The notes under the pieces: generated by a model
The model's database searches: none
Told to the model about the DNA's origin: nothing
The model's input: only the letters and a program-made list of their open reading frames with translations
Source of the DNA: Octopus sinensis
Lineage: Eukaryota
Reading direction: 5' to 3'
NCBI RefSeq assembly: GCF_006345805.1
Contig: NC_043000.1
Location: forward strand, 136,896,001 to 136,960,000
DNA: 64,000 bases
Part shown: piece after piece, positions 26,936-40,540 of the stretch
Position numbering within the stretch: the first letter of the stretch is position 1
Layout of the letters: each line of letters starts with the position of its first letter
Made by a program: the position numbers and the translations under genes

Positions 26936-27361
26936 CATTTGTCCCAGAGAAATCTTTTCTGTGGATATCATTGTTTAGTTTTAGCAACAACCGCACGTCA
27001 CAGTGGTTAGTGGTTCCTTGATGACGTTTTTGGACATCTGCTGATTATGTCTTCACAGAAGAGTGACATAGTTTACATTTGTGATTGCATCTTAGAATTT
27101 TAAGGGCTTCGCTATCCTGCTTGTTTACAATGTGTTTCATAGCTATCTTTTGCTCTTGGATGTGGCATGATGTAGTGGTCTTATGTCCAAGAAAGGTTAC
27201 ATCTTATGTATGTATGTATGTATGTATGTATGTATGTATGTATGCATGTATGTATGCATGTATGGATGTATGTATGTATGTATGTATATATGTATGTATG
27301 TATGTATGTATGTTTGTATGTATGTATGTATGTATATAAGTATCTATGTATCTATGTATGT

Positions 27362-27700
27362 CAATATTCAGTTTATTTCAAATTTCTTGCCAATAGAGAA
27401 AAAACTGGTTTCTAACCTAGATCCAAGGCTCCTTCATTGGAATTTCTACATCAACAACAAGATATTTTTGTATGTATGTATGTATGTATGTATGTATGTA
27501 TGAACAGATTTGTATGTTTATGTATGCAATCTCATGCATATAGTTGCGTAACTAGACTTGCTCATATATATTTAAATTATAAACTTCTGGAAAGTTTTAC
27601 AGATTTTTACAGTTCCAGTGTTGGATTGGATCTATAGTCTACAAATTAGCTTTCTTCTTTCTGGTTTTGAGAAGCCTAATTTCTCAAGACATTTAGGCAG
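27362..27700 (-). mobile_element. R4-related (RLE-type) non-LTR retrotransposon 3' end embedded in (CATA)n
   Basis: Minus strand LPKCLEKLGFSKPERRKLICRL*IQSNTGTVKICKTFQKFII* (stop 27572-27574), similar in layout to the R4 C-terminus at ~53030; (TATG)n tracts on both sides. Confidence 0.6.
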
Positions 27701-27989
27701 TATGTATGTATGTATGTATGTATGTATGTATGTATGTATGTATGTATGTATGTATGGTGGCCAATGACTACCTATTCTACTAAAATTACAGATGTAAAGT
27801 CTTCCTTTCATGGCCTTCCTTGATGACAAAAATTTACAAGCAAGACCAAAACTCCACCTGAATATTGAACGTATGTATTTTCCTCATCAACAGCAGCATT
27901 ATCTTTTCATCCATTTATCAATGCTTGGAATAGGCTAACAAAGTTTTAGCTAATAAAACTCTTCACCAATCATGGCAATTATCTATCCT

Positions 27990-28200
27990 CACCTTTGTGA
28001 GCTTCAGCCTCTTCAGAATAGCCTTCACCAAGTTTTTTTCCAAACATTTCTCTTCTGCATGACCCTTCCAATCAGATCACTTGGCATTTCTTTGCCCAGC
28101 TGTCATCCTCCATATATAGCACAGTCCTTACAGTACAATTGCCTTTCTTGCATACTGCAGCTGATTTCTTTCATAGCCAATATTTATTCTGTCATTCAAG
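27990..28200 (-). mobile_element. Degenerate RTE C-terminal remnant
   Basis: Revcomp ...atggaggatgacagctgggcaaagaaatgcc...gaagggtcatgcagaaga...aaaacttgg parallels 19985-20075. Confidence 0.45.
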
Positions 28201-28292
28201 TCCAGAAACAAACAATAGGATGATTAAGCCAGTCATACTCATATATTTCCTTCTAATCTCCATACAGCTATTATATCCAATGTCTGTTTCAC

Positions 28293-29092
28293 TCATATAT
28301 ATATAAGCATAGACCACTTTTTGTTGATGGCAAAAATAATAGCTTGTGTGATTTTTCCGTCCATCCTCTTCTTACTCTGAGCATTATACCTCAAAGCACC
28401 TACTTCATCTTACATAACAGAAAAATGTGTGCTCATTTTGCTACGTCAGAGGTTGTCAGCCAGACCAGTGGTCAGATCGAGCTGAAAATTGACACAGGCA
28501 TAGAAAGTGTGATGAGGCAGAGAGTTGAATAGGTTAAATTCACCATCTGGAAAGATGCGGTTGCTATGGTGAGAAGAGTGATTTTTTTATCGATTCAAGG
28601 GGGCTCTAAGCCCCTCCAGATTGGTGCAATTAGCATCTAATATAATCTATAAAATGAAGAAGTTGATGAAATTGGATTCTTATGTAAAAAGGGGTCTAAA
28701 TGGGGCTGAAAGAAGATTAAAATTTACAGGAGGAGGTAACTTGAGGTGAGAAATTGATTGGGAGACCTTTGGGGTGCTACAGTGGTTGCTAAAACAGGGA
28801 TTTTACTGATTTTGGGGGACACTTGGTGGTCTAGATTGGACACCTTTGGCCCGATTTGGTAAAGTGGAAGCAGATTTGTAATTTAAGCGCAAAAATCTAA
28901 TTTTTTATAAATGGGAGAGAGATAGATAGAGAGTAAGAGAAAGCAAGGGAGAGTCTGAGAGAAAGGATGTGTAAGAGAGTGAGAAAGTGAGAGAGAAAAG
29001 GGAGAGAGATAAAGAGGGAGAATGTGGCGATAAGAAACAGAAAGTAACAACTGCACCCTCACCTGTGCGTAGAGCAGGTCACCTTAAGCTAG
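28293..29092 (+). mobile_element. Non-autonomous Helitron (older)
   Basis: TC-atatatatataag start, internal cagatcgagctgaaaattgacac motif like that at ~16650, imperfect hairpin acctgtgcgtagagcaggt, CTAG|T at 29089-29093. Confidence 0.65.
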
Positions 29093-29851
29093 TATACATA
29101 TATATTTGCATATATATATATATATGGATGGATTGGTGGATGGATGTGTGTGTGTGAATTTTATGATGGACTGAATGACAGTTTGGTATCCAATAGATAT
29201 AAACTCTCTGGTTTGTTCTCATTCATTTCATCAGATAAAGTTAATATAAACATACTTCATATAAATTCAATATAAATATACATAAAGATGCAAGTGAATA
29301 TATATATATATATACACACACATGCATGTATTCATATATATGTGTCTACACGTGAGTATGTGTGCTTATGTATTCATATACGTATACATGTATAATTAAT
29401 TTTGCTGCAGTCTAATTAGCATGAAACTAGACAAATTAGTTTGTGAGTGAGACACATGCTTTTAAAGTAGGTTTCAAGTAGCTTCCTTAACTGTAAAGCA
29501 ATAATCTATCACAAACCATTCTAATTAAATGTGAAACCAGCATTGGCGACTACAATGGTGTTTAAAGGGTGACAGTGACGATGGAACTTAAGGAGCCAAG
29601 GATGGCTCCATCCAACTGGTTAGCATGATGTTTGGGACAATTGTTGAACGAGGATGATACTTGAGGATTCCGAGGATGATAAATGATGATGATGATGATA
29701 TTAGTGACAATAATGATCTCAACAGTTGCAGTTATATCAGCTTTTTTAATGAAAATTATTTCTTAAGAGCTTGCAAGCTACAACACATAGATGTGTGTGT
29801 GTGTGTGTGTGTTTGAATTTATGCCTTCCTGTTTCATAATAAATGTACTTT

Positions 29852-30262
29852 GAATCAAAATCAAAATTAAATTCGATGACTGGCATCCATGCAAAGAGAG
29901 CCATATGAGTATGATCATTGCCAGACCGGCTAACGAGCTTCCATGCCAGTGACAGATAAAAGGCACCATTCGAGTGTGACCATTACCAGTTCGCCTTACT
30001 GGCACCTGTGCTGGTGGCATGTGTAAAAAGATTCAAGTGAGGTCGTTGCCAGTACCGCCTGACTGGCCCCCGTACCTGTGGCATGTAAAAGCACCCACTA
30101 CACTCTCGGAGTGGTTGGCGTTAGGAAGGGCATCCAGCTGTAGAAACTCTGCCAGATCAAGATTGACGCCTGGTGCAGCCATCTGGTTCACCAACCCTCA
30201 GTCAAATCGTCCAACCCATGCTTGCATGGAAAGCGGACGTTAAACAATGATGATGATGATAA
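29852..30262 (+). mobile_element. RTE 3' UTR repeat E
   Basis: Homologous to 20290-20648 (ggttggcgttaggaagggcatccagctgtagaaac ... gacgttaaacaatgatgatg). Confidence 0.85.
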
Positions 30263-31454
30263 TGACCTTTACAGAAATAGTAACATTATTAAATTCATCT
30301 GTCCCAAATATTGTACTTGGAACCGGTATCAAACCCTCCAGGTAGTTACAGAAGCTGACTAGAAAGCTTCTACTTGGTCACTCAACCAAGCAAGGAAGTA
30401 TCTATGTGGTCAGTCATTAAGGTAAAAATAGCAACCAAATTTTTTTCAAATCTCACCCAACTCTCTAAAATTAAAAATGGCACATTGGGTAGAGAAGCTT
30501 TTGATAGAATAGCCATCTGTTCGAATGTCTTTGGTTAATTGGGGCCGACCTTGGGCAACACAACAACAACCATGATCTGATACGCAGCACTAGAGTTAAG
30601 TGCAAGTACAGCTGAATAAATATTGTATCTCTCTGATTACTTTCCTTTTTATTCCACCATTGTGACCAAAATATCCTTTAAACATAAGACAATAGAGTAG
30701 ACCAGTGACTCCTAGACTTGGAATAATAGTCCACAACTGGTTAAAAATACCATTTGCTTGGAATAATGTCAGTGATGCAGCAAGAACCAATGTTCTTATG
30801 CTCTCTCATGACATAAGATAAATCATGAAATCAGGCTTGGCAAAGGAATACTATATTGAAATCCACATAGATGAAACTGCCAAAGTTTTGTCACCAAAGA
30901 TGACTCTTCTGAAATAGACATGAAAGATGAATTCCTGAAGTGACTCAGAGTAATTCTATTAATGGAATTATTTCTTTCTAGTTTCAGTAAGGAGCAATGG
31001 GATACCCAACTGTTTTGACATAGGTTGGTGCTGAGATCTGTTTGTTTTTCATTGACTAAACAATTAAATTTGTGACATTTATTTATTTAAATAATTACAG
31101 CCTGCTGGTAAATATAATTTCTTCAACATAATGTGGTTCAATGTATGGCAACTAAAATTGACTGTTTCCTCACACTCGTGTCATCAAAGATAAAAAGTCA
31201 CAGATATTTTGCAAGGCTCTATAAAGAGATATTGCACTGAAATGATGCTTTAGCTGCAACCAATTTTCTTGTCTACAAAAATATTACTTCTGAAATCAAC
31301 ATTGTAAAAGACCGATTTTCAAAGTTGAAAAGCTATATTTAACCAATAATGCATTTGAAACTATTGATAGAACAGTATCTTTTTCACGTCAGCAAAAAGT
31401 AATAGGATACCTAACTATAATCACGTGAGTTTTTAATGTAATTCTATTTCTCAG

Positions 31455-31940
31455 AGTGTGATCGTTACCTGCATTGCCTTATTAGCACTTGTGCTGGTGG
31501 CACGTGAAAAAACATTTGAGGGAGGTCACTGCCAGTGCTGCTGGACTGGCTCCTGTGCAGGTGGCACGTAAAAAGCACCATTCGAGCATGATTGTTACCA
31601 GCCTCACCTGACTAGCACTTGTGCCAGTGGTATGTGAAAAAACATTCAAGTGAGGTCATTGCCACTGCCACTGGACTGGATCCTGTGCAGGTGGCACATA
31701 AAAATCACCATTTGAGATTGGCCATTTCCAGTACCACTTGACTGGCCCTCATGCCGGTGGCACGTAAAAGCACCCACTACACTCTCAGAGTGGTTGGCAT
31801 TAGGAAGGGCATCCAGCTGTAGAAACTCTGCCAGATCAGATTGGTGTCTGGTGCAGGCATCTGGTTCACAAGACCTCAGTCAAATCGTCCAACCCATGCT
31901 AGCAGGGAAAGCGGACGTTAAACAATAATGATGATGATGT
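31455..31940 (+). mobile_element. RTE 3' UTR repeat E with a five-unit tandem array
   Basis: Units start at 31491, 31555, 31621, 31685 and 31751; same tail as 20648. Confidence 0.85.
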
Positions 31941-32408
31941 TGATATATGAGTATCACATCAAGACCAAGATTAAATCCAGCTTCTTCTCAGTTTAGATAT
32001 GAAAATAGCTCTATTAAAGACTGAGTAATGCATCCAATATTCAATGTCAACAAAGCAATTTCATCCTACTAAACCTAAGCATTAATACTTAGTTGTACAA
32101 AAATTGTGCATTTATGTATTGTATAATATACAAGTTTACCTTGAAGTACTATGAACACACTTTAAATTGAGGTAACATTGAGAAAGCAGTCTTGAAAGCA
32201 CTGAACTTGACTGTGAAACAAAAGTAGCATGCCCTGACTACCATAGCACACTCATACAGTCAATCATTTTGTGTTTTGGCGGCATGTAGCAGGGCAGTCA
32301 GCTAGGTGGATGTATGGAGCAGTAGACTCATACTCATGCTGGGTTGTTTAATCAACTATTTACCATATACTTGATCAGAGTTGAACTTAGGCTGAAAAGT
32401 TAGTTTTA

Positions 32409-32920
32409 CCATCAATCCTCGAGTATAATCCACATTTTTTTCCCAAAATTTAAAGGTCAAAATCCCTAGTGCGTACTATATACGAGGTTAAAAATGAAAA
32501 GTATTTTCTAAGCAATGTCCAAGTCTCTATTTACTGTCTGGCATTGTTTATTCAGATGCATTTTGTGATGTTGGGTGCAAAAATACCTTAAGCTAAGCCT
32601 GAAAGCAATGAAGTCATAAAAGAATCATCCATAACTTGCAGTAAGCAATATTTATTAAACGTTATTACTGTTATTTCTTTATTTTCTGCAAACAAAATTC
32701 ACAAAAAAGTTACACATTTGCATTATGTTATATATACAATAATAATAAAGGATGTTACCATATACAGTTTTACAAACCAAGGACGTTATATAGACCTCCT
32801 TGCCTCAAGTTAGAGAAGGGGTGCGTATTATACACAAGGTTTAAGTTTTTCAGAGGTACAGTCCCCTAAAAATTCCCTGTGTATTATACTCAAGGGCAGA
32901 CTATACTCGAGGATTTACGG
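32409..32920. mobile_element. pogo/Tc2-like MITE
   Basis: TIRs ccatcaatcctcgagtata / tatactcgaggatttacgg with TA on both sides; repeated subterminal gcgta(c/t)tata motifs. Confidence 0.82.
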
Positions 32921-35330
32921 TACACAACTAGAACAATAATTAATTTTCCGGAAAAGCTGTTTATTTGCTACTTACTTCAGCAAATCTACATTTGTTAAAA
33001 TTGAAATTGTTTCCTTGCAAATTGTTGTCAGGTACAGCTATGAAATATATTGCCAGCTCTTGTGCAGCACACAAACTGTAATTAACATAGTTATCAATGT
33101 TGATTTTAAAAATGTGTAATTCCAAAATAAGGTGCCAAAGTATGTTAAGTAGAAATAGCAATTAGTAGAGTTTACAAATGTTCATTATACAATTTTTTCC
33201 TAATTGTTAATAATTTCCTTTTTTAGGCATACAGCCATTTTGTGTAAAGCAGTGGGATGTAATCAGTTGGATCAACCTCAGTTCTTTACTCATTCACATT
33301 TGATGAAACTGGAAGGATAAATGGCAAAATTATTATTTGTAAATTTATACTCAGAACAATAGAGACACCAAACTAGATGGCATGTTTTAATTAGCCAAAC
33401 CTATATATCTGAACTAACAAGCTTCATTTTCTAATTAAATAATCCATTTATCATAGAAGTGTTAATTACAAAAAAAAAAAAAAGAACCAGCTACAAAATG
33501 TATTTTATAATGAATACTGAGTTTAAATTAAATAACTGCAAAGATCCAACGTTTTCAGTGAGTGATATAAATACAAACAATGTTAATATTTTTTTCTGCA
33601 AGGGAGGAGGCACTAATGTTGTGAACTAAACTATATATAGCTTCACCCCATAATGGAAACTATAACAAATGTTTAGCCAGTAAAGAATTCGACTGTTGTT
33701 CTATATTTGTCAATATTGTTTACATTATAAAGGTAGACAGAGAGATAAGTTGTTTTGCAGATCATGAAGATGATGGGTAGTAAGAGAATGATGATGAAGG
33801 ACAGAAGGACAATGATGATGATAGTGAGGACAAAGACAATGATGTTATCTTAAGACCATAAAATTGAGGAAGAAGAAGAAGAATTTTATCGTTCACAACG
33901 CCCTGAAATCTTTAGAGACAAGGCTAAATATACAAAATTTTATATTACAATTTAATGAACTTATAAGAATAACATTACTGGCAACTTCACACAGCCACTT
34001 GGAGTTATGGTTATTGGACTTACCTGGTTAGATTTGTTGTATCAAGTGAGAATTTTCTTGTGTTTGTAAATTGCAGAGGAAGTTATAGCTACTTCAGCTA
34101 GATGTCCTGAGCAACTAGGAAAAATCGTTCATTTATATAAATAATTTACATTTGGTAAATAAGGTAGAGTCAATAAGTTAGTGATCAGGCCAATGAATAA
34201 TGTCATCTTATGTGCAACTTTTGATGTAAATTTGAAAAGCTGAGTACTGAATCCAACAGTGAGAAATAAGAAAGAGAACAACCAATCTAGTAAAAACTGA
34301 TGGAAGTAAAGAGATAGATGTAAAGATAGTAGAAAGATGTCTAAGCATCTGACTACAAGACCAATGTTCTTATGGATTTGAGGCCCAATATCTGAGAATG
34401 AACTTTCTCTTATGTAGGCAAGTAACGGAAATCTCTGAAACTTCATTCAAGTATATCACGTGTCTGAACAAGATTTTAGTATCAGGCATTTTCTCTATTG
34501 AATTGTTCTTCTGTCATTTCAATGTAATATTTCAGACAGGAAGCATCATTCAGTTCCTGGGACTTTATTTATGTTGTGTTGACAACGACCACTGTTTTGT
34601 GGTGACAATAACAAGTTTCATGACTCATTTATGCTTTTAAGAACTTAGTAGAAACTATTTGTAGTAGGGTCTTAAACTTATTCCCTAGTTAGGAGATATT
34701 TTCCAGAACATCTCACTATTAAAACAACGTTTTTTTTGTTGGTCTTTTTTTGTGAATAAGAACCTTAGTTACTCTCTAAACCTTCTTGAAGTGCCTTCCC
34801 TCTCCAATACAAGAGCCACACAGCGTTGTAAAATCCTCTGGTTAACATGTGCCTTCTTATTAGAGGAAAGGTCAAAAATAGATAAAACTTCCTTAGATTA
34901 TTTGACAAGCATTTTCTCCAGTTATGAATATATTAGGTTATTCCATAGACACTTGCTTAAGATTCCATTCAGTTGTATAGTCAATAATGTCAGCCTCAAA
35001 TATTGAGGTTTGCTGCTCATGGTTGATATTACGCATTTGTTTGGTAGATTTTCTCTTAATACTGCTAATGACAGTGGTCATATTGGTGATGGTGGTGGTG
35101 GTGGTGGTAGTGATGGTGGTGGTGGTGGTGGTATGTATCTGTGTGTAAGGGGAGAGAGTGTAAGAGTAATTAGGATGATGAATGGTGATAGTTGTAATGA
35201 TAATCATTATGGTAATGGTGAATCACAACCAGCATCATAATCATTTGTCATAATCATCATGATACTTCTCATCCTCCTCATCTTCATACTCCTCATCATC
35301 GTCATCATCATTATCATCATCTTTACTGAG

Positions 35331-35712
35331 ACTCTTTTACTCTTTTACTTGTTTGTCATTTGACTGTGGCCATGCTGGAGCACCGCCTTTAGTCGAGCAA
35401 ATCAACCCCAGGGCTTATTCTTTGTTAGCCTAGTACTTATTCTATCAATATCTTTTGCCAAACTGCTAAGTTATGGGGACGTAAACACACCAGCATTGGT
35501 TGTCAAGTGATGTTGGGGGACAAATACAGACACACAAACATATACACATACACATATATGACAGGCTTCTTTCATTTTCTGTCTACCAAATCCACTCACA
35601 AGGCTTTGGTCAGCCTGAGGCTATAGTAGAAAACACTTGCCCAAGGTGCCATGCAGTGGGACTGAACTCAGAACCATGTGGTTTGTAAGCAAGCTACTTA
35701 CCACACAGCCAC
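35331..35712 (-). mobile_element. SINE family A
   Basis: Aligns with 8128-8536; many CpG positions converted to TpG/CpA. Confidence 0.88.
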
Positions 35713-35767
35713 CCCTAAGTAATTATTTCTTGCTATGATTATCAAAACCCATCGTATATAGAGATGT

Positions 35768-35960
35768 AGTTGTTGGTCAATCCTAAGTCAACCGGACCAA
35801 ACAAACCTATGACCAATTGTGTTTCAACCAGAACCATTCTGTCTGTTTTAAGAATGCATTCTCCTATATTTCCTTCCCTTTTTTTTTAAAGGAGTAGGGT
35901 GTGATTTGATGGTGAATTTGCCTGTTATTTCTAGTAAGTCGAACTAACATGTAGAGTATC
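35768..35960 (+). repeat. Old dispersed repeat G (representative copy)
   Basis: Shared blocks (cagacctatgatcaa...attcc; agggtgtgatttga...gctatttctag) recur at ~16490, 22330-22490(-), 30370-30570(-), 36560-36725, 37040-37190(-), 43250-43370(-), 44600-44800, 52400-52500, 54830-55345(-), 57390-57545. Confidence 0.6.
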
Positions 35961-35974
35961 CATTAATTTGTATA

Positions 35975-36240
35975 ATCATCGTTATCATTATCATTTAACG
36001 TCCGTTTTCCAAGCTGGCAAAGGTTGGGCAATTTGTCAGGAGCTAGCAAGGCCAGGAGCAGCACCAGGACCCATAGTTTGCTTTGGCTTGGTTTATACAG
36101 CTGGATGCTCTTCCTGACACCAACCATTTTACAGAATGTGCAAGGTGCTTTTTCATGGTGCCATCACCAGTGCTTTTTACATGGCACCAACACCAATGCC
36201 CTTCATGGGCAAGCATTACCAAGGTGGTTTTAGGACATCA
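35975..36240 (-). mobile_element. Repeat E, diverged
   Basis: catttaacgtccgttttcc...cagctggatgctcttcctgacaccaacca is the revcomp of the repeat E tail. Confidence 0.7.
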
Positions 36241-37199
36241 ATTCTCTTCTATTCTGTTATAATGATTATTGGAATTTATTTAGTTGAATATGAAATTTTT
36301 ATCCATTTTACAAGAAACAAAGTGACGTGCAACAAACTATATTTTACCAGACAACACATTTACAAAAAAAGGGGGAAAGAAAGGGTTCGGTGGAATTTAT
36401 TTTGGACTATTTTCTTGCCAATAATATATTAATGAAATCTCTATTTTTCTGAATCACCCAAATACCAACATTGGTAAAGTATGACAAAAGTTTAAAGAGT
36501 CCTCTTAGCTGTGCATTCAGAGACCTTCACCATTATTAAATGTTTACTGTGCCTTGGTGAAATCTGACTGAGAAAATCCATGAGCAAAGACAATTCAGCT
36601 ATGGCTATCCACCTTTTGTAGGGCTATCTAGAATTACACTAGCATGCTTTCAAATTTAATATGGTAAAGTGAGATTTGAGATATACATGGTTGCTATTTC
36701 TAGCAGGATGATCGACCTGGTATAAATTGTCATCATTGCTTTAGCTGTTTTGATTTTTCGAATTGCTGTTCTTAAGTATTTAGATTTATTGTTTCTGTTG
36801 TTTGTGATAGTTATTCTTGTTGCTCTCTGTTTTTCAGAATGAATAAAGTCAAACAACATTCTGATAAAGGGAGTTGTTGCACTGAATCTTAAAAAAAATT
36901 GGTGAATCTGAATCATGATTGAAATTCTTTTAAATTTCAGGAAAAATAACAAAGAAAAGATGAGACGTTTCGTTTATTTTTACTTCTAACAGCATGTTTA
37001 TGTGCACGCAGATGCCATTGCAAGATGAGTGTCTATGTGGTTGTTCAAAATGCTAGAATAAATAACCTAACCTCCTCAATTTACTCTCTAACATCTTAAT
37101 AATAGATGGACATACTGGATTATGTTGATTTGGTAAATGATCATAGACCTCTGATCACAGATTTATTGATCAGGTATAATCTAGTGGTAAATAAAAGCA

Positions 37200-37463
37200 G
37201 TGGAGGCGCGTGACTTAGTGGTTAAGGTGTCGAACTCATGATCGTAAGGTTGTGGTTTCGATTCTTGGATCGGGCAACGCATTGTGTTCTTGAGCAAAAC
37301 ACTTCATTTCATGTTGCTCCAGTCCACTCAGCTGGCAAAAATGAGTAACACTGTGATGGACCGGCGTCCCATCCAGGTGGAGAATTTCTATGCCACTGAA
37401 ACCGGGAAACTGGCCCTTATGAGCCTGACATGGCTCAAGAAGGAACATTTATTTTTTTTTTTT
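37200..37463 (+). mobile_element. SINE family C
   Basis: tRNA-like head (tgacttagtgg, ggtttcgattc), T-rich tail, 13-bp TSD taaataaaagcag at 37188-37200 and 37464-37476. Confidence 0.9.
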
Positions 37464-37608
37464 TAAATAAAAGCAGCGAACTTCAGTGTATTTTCTATTT
37501 TAATGTAACATTTGTAACAACTTAACATAGTTTAGTTTTACAGTTGTCATTGAAGTTGTTTTAATCTAGCAGAAAGTAGTAGTCTTTTAAGTCACCTGAT
37601 GACGATCT

Positions 37609-37760
37609 GTGTCCTGGGCATGACTTTAAACTGCATCCAGTAGTGGAGCCCTGTTATTGGAGTTCCAGGATTTCTCTCAACCATTATTATTTCCAAGTCT
37701 ACTCTGACCCAGAGTATCAGTACTGTTAAGGTCCCAGCTATGGGTTACCTAGCATGTTGA
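37609..37760 (+). repeat. Dispersed repeat F
   Basis: gtcctgg..atga.tttaaactgc.tccag...tctgaccc.gagta...ggtcccagctatg is shared with 63679-63840. Confidence 0.6.
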
Positions 37761-38700
37761 CTAAGCCCTGTCCTATCTTCCCTCCTTCATCAAATCCAGC
37801 ATCTGACACCCTCTGCATTAGTCTGACATTCGACCACAAATTGTGTGTTTTACACTACAACTGGACAAAGCCAAGTGGGGTGACTGTAAAGGTGCCCCAC
37901 TACATACTGTGGATATGGCAGCTCACTGCAGCTTGTCCCTGACCCCAGCTGTCTTGGATCTCCTCCTTGCCACCAGACCAGTCATAGATAAGTCAAGTTG
38001 TGTGGTAGAGGATTCCATACCGTTTTTGTCACTGGAAACAAATCTTTGCTCAGACTTTGGTCTATCTCAGCCTTCTTCTTTCAGTTTCCTCCATTTTTTT
38101 TCCTTTTCTTTCTCTCTCAAGTCTATTAGCAATGAGCATCTAGTAGCAGAAGCAAGCATGGATAAAGCTAGAAGCCTCTCTCTCTAACTTGAAGATTGCA
38201 CAGTGGTGGCATGAGTAAGATGGTCATTGAAATCTGCATGTGGAACAACAGGCTTCTTTCATTCTGCTCATGTGTCTAGGCTGCCCTAGTCAGAAAAGAC
38301 ACTGCCTATCTCAATCCAAGGAATAGCCTAGAAAAGTTGGCCCAAACAAAGCTTACCCCACATTCTACCCAGTCAGGAAAGCGCACCTAGATGATTATTT
38401 AAATAGTGGTAACTCATCTTTTTGAGGTGGCTCTCTAAGAAGTCAGTTTCAGTCATGATAAGCTATCTTATTTGACACTTTTTGTTTGCTAGACATTGGA
38501 CTTTTTCTAGATTCCACATAAGCTCTTCTAGTTTCCATTTTCTACTGATGGCCTTTTATCCACTTGCACACATTGGACTCTATAATACAGTATTCCATTG
38601 GCTTTTGCAAGCACAGAAATAGCTACATAGAATCTTATAAACATAACTGAATAAAATTTAACTCACAATCAAGGCGAATTGTAAATGAAGATTTATTATA

Positions 38701-38870
38701 GGTGTAGGAGTGGCTGTGTGGTAGTAGCCTGCTTACCAACCACATGGTTCTGGGTTCAGCCCCACTGTGTGGGATCTTGGGCAAGTGTCTTCTACTATAA
38801 CCTCGGGCCGACCAAAGCCTCGTGAGTGGATTTGGTAGACGGAAACTGAACGACCCCCATCGTATATATG

Positions 38871-38959
<89 letters not shown>

Positions 38960-39188
38960 GTTTGTATGTGTGTGTATATGTTTGTGTGTCTGTGTTTGTC
39001 CCACCAGCATTGTTTGACAACCGATGCTGGTGTGTTTACGTCCCCGTAACTTAGCGGTTCGGTAAAAGAGACCGATAGAATAAGTACTAGGCTTACAATG
39101 AATAAGTCCTGGTGTCGATTTGCTCAACAAAATGTGGTGCTCCAGCATGGCCGCAGTCAACTGACTGAAACAAGTAATAGAGTGAAAG
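38701..39188 (+). mobile_element. SINE family A, full length
   Basis: Aligns with 8128-8536; expanded internal microsatellite. Confidence 0.9.
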
Positions 39189-40361
39189 TGCATACTTCGT
39201 ACTGAATTGCTTTCTGTTTCACATTTATATTCACAAGCCACATATGTAATTATTATTGCATTATTTTTCCAACAATATATGAAATAATCTGTTTTTTGTT
39301 GTATAGAATTTTCTATACAACCATTATCTATACATGCAATTTTTAATTATTTACACAAAGCTTTTATCAATTTTTTCTATCACTCTCTCTCTCTTTCACT
39401 GTTTCCTCTTCCTATGCTTCTCAAATGTCTAATAACACTGCCAAACAGTGACTGATTCCTTTAATTTCTAAGGAATATAGTTCATTATTTGCAGGGATCA
39501 GAATTATTATGAAGAACTGCTTGCAGGTCCCTAAAATTCAATGCAATTCAAACAAGTTCCAAATAAACTTTAGTTTCAAGCAATAGTACATGCAAGGTGA
39601 CAAAATTGTTTGATTACAAAATATGAACATTGTACTAATGCAAAACATGGCATATAAAAACAAAAATTAAACTATGGATGTGAAAACGAACTCTTTGCAC
39701 AATTGCGTTTTACATATATATATAGTTTTAAAAAAAATTGCAGGTAATTAGGTAAATCTGAAAACATCCAATTTGAAAATATTACTATATAAATGAGTGT
39801 TACACATATGTAATATTGTAAGTTGAAAATCTTTGATTAACTGAAAGTAATTAGTGCAGTCAATAGATAGAAGTTTCTTCTGAATGGGGGTGGAGCTAAA
39901 TCTAAAAGCAAGCAATGATGATATCTACAATAAAATCAACTAATTGGAATTTATGTAAGATAAACATAATGACTGCAAAATATAATTTCAATTGAATGAA
40001 ATTCTCCATCACAATATATAGTATATGTAAGACTCTACTTTATAAGTATTTATTATTCATAAAGACCTCCAGGCATATGGCCCTTTGGCCATATTAGTAT
40101 TATTCCTAATCAGCATCATTACATTCCTCTTGTTGCTATATATATATGTTAAACATTTTAAAGTTTTACCGACTAATTTTGTTGATTTGTTTTTCCATGT
40201 TTTTCCATGTTTAGAATAAGACAGAATAAATAGATTATTAAAGCATTGTTTTACAATCCTTCCTCTCACAAATGTTTACTGCTCTTTCAGTTAAGAAATC
40301 TTTCAATTCTTGTTATGTCTAGGGAGGGTCATTATGCCAAATACAAAATAAAAGTAAAATC

Positions 40362-40540
40362 GTTCTATTTCCATCAACCAAATCCACTCATAAGGCTTTG
40401 GTTGATCTGGGGCTGTGGAGAGATACTTGTTTCAGGTGCTTAACAGGGTAACTGAACATAAACTCATGTGGCTGGGGAGTGAACTACTTAACCACCAAGC
40501 CATGGCTGGGGAGTGAACTACTTAACCACCAAGCCATGGC
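40362..40540 (-). mobile_element. SINE family A head, diverged, with ~35-bp tandem duplication
   Basis: aaatccactcataaggctttgg...; tggctggggagtgaactacttaaccaccaagcca occurs twice in tandem. Confidence 0.65.

Noticed and set aside
31491-31775. CRISPR-like regular array
   Set aside because: The intervening segments are homologous to each other, the array is part of a retroelement UTR, and there are no cas genes in this eukaryotic DNA.
33763-33900. Acidic exon-like segment after ttttgcag
   Set aside because: In-frame stops; looks like decayed GAT/GAA repeats.
34024-34113. Minus-strand exon with good splice sites
   Set aside because: Stops in all three frames; not supportable as coding.
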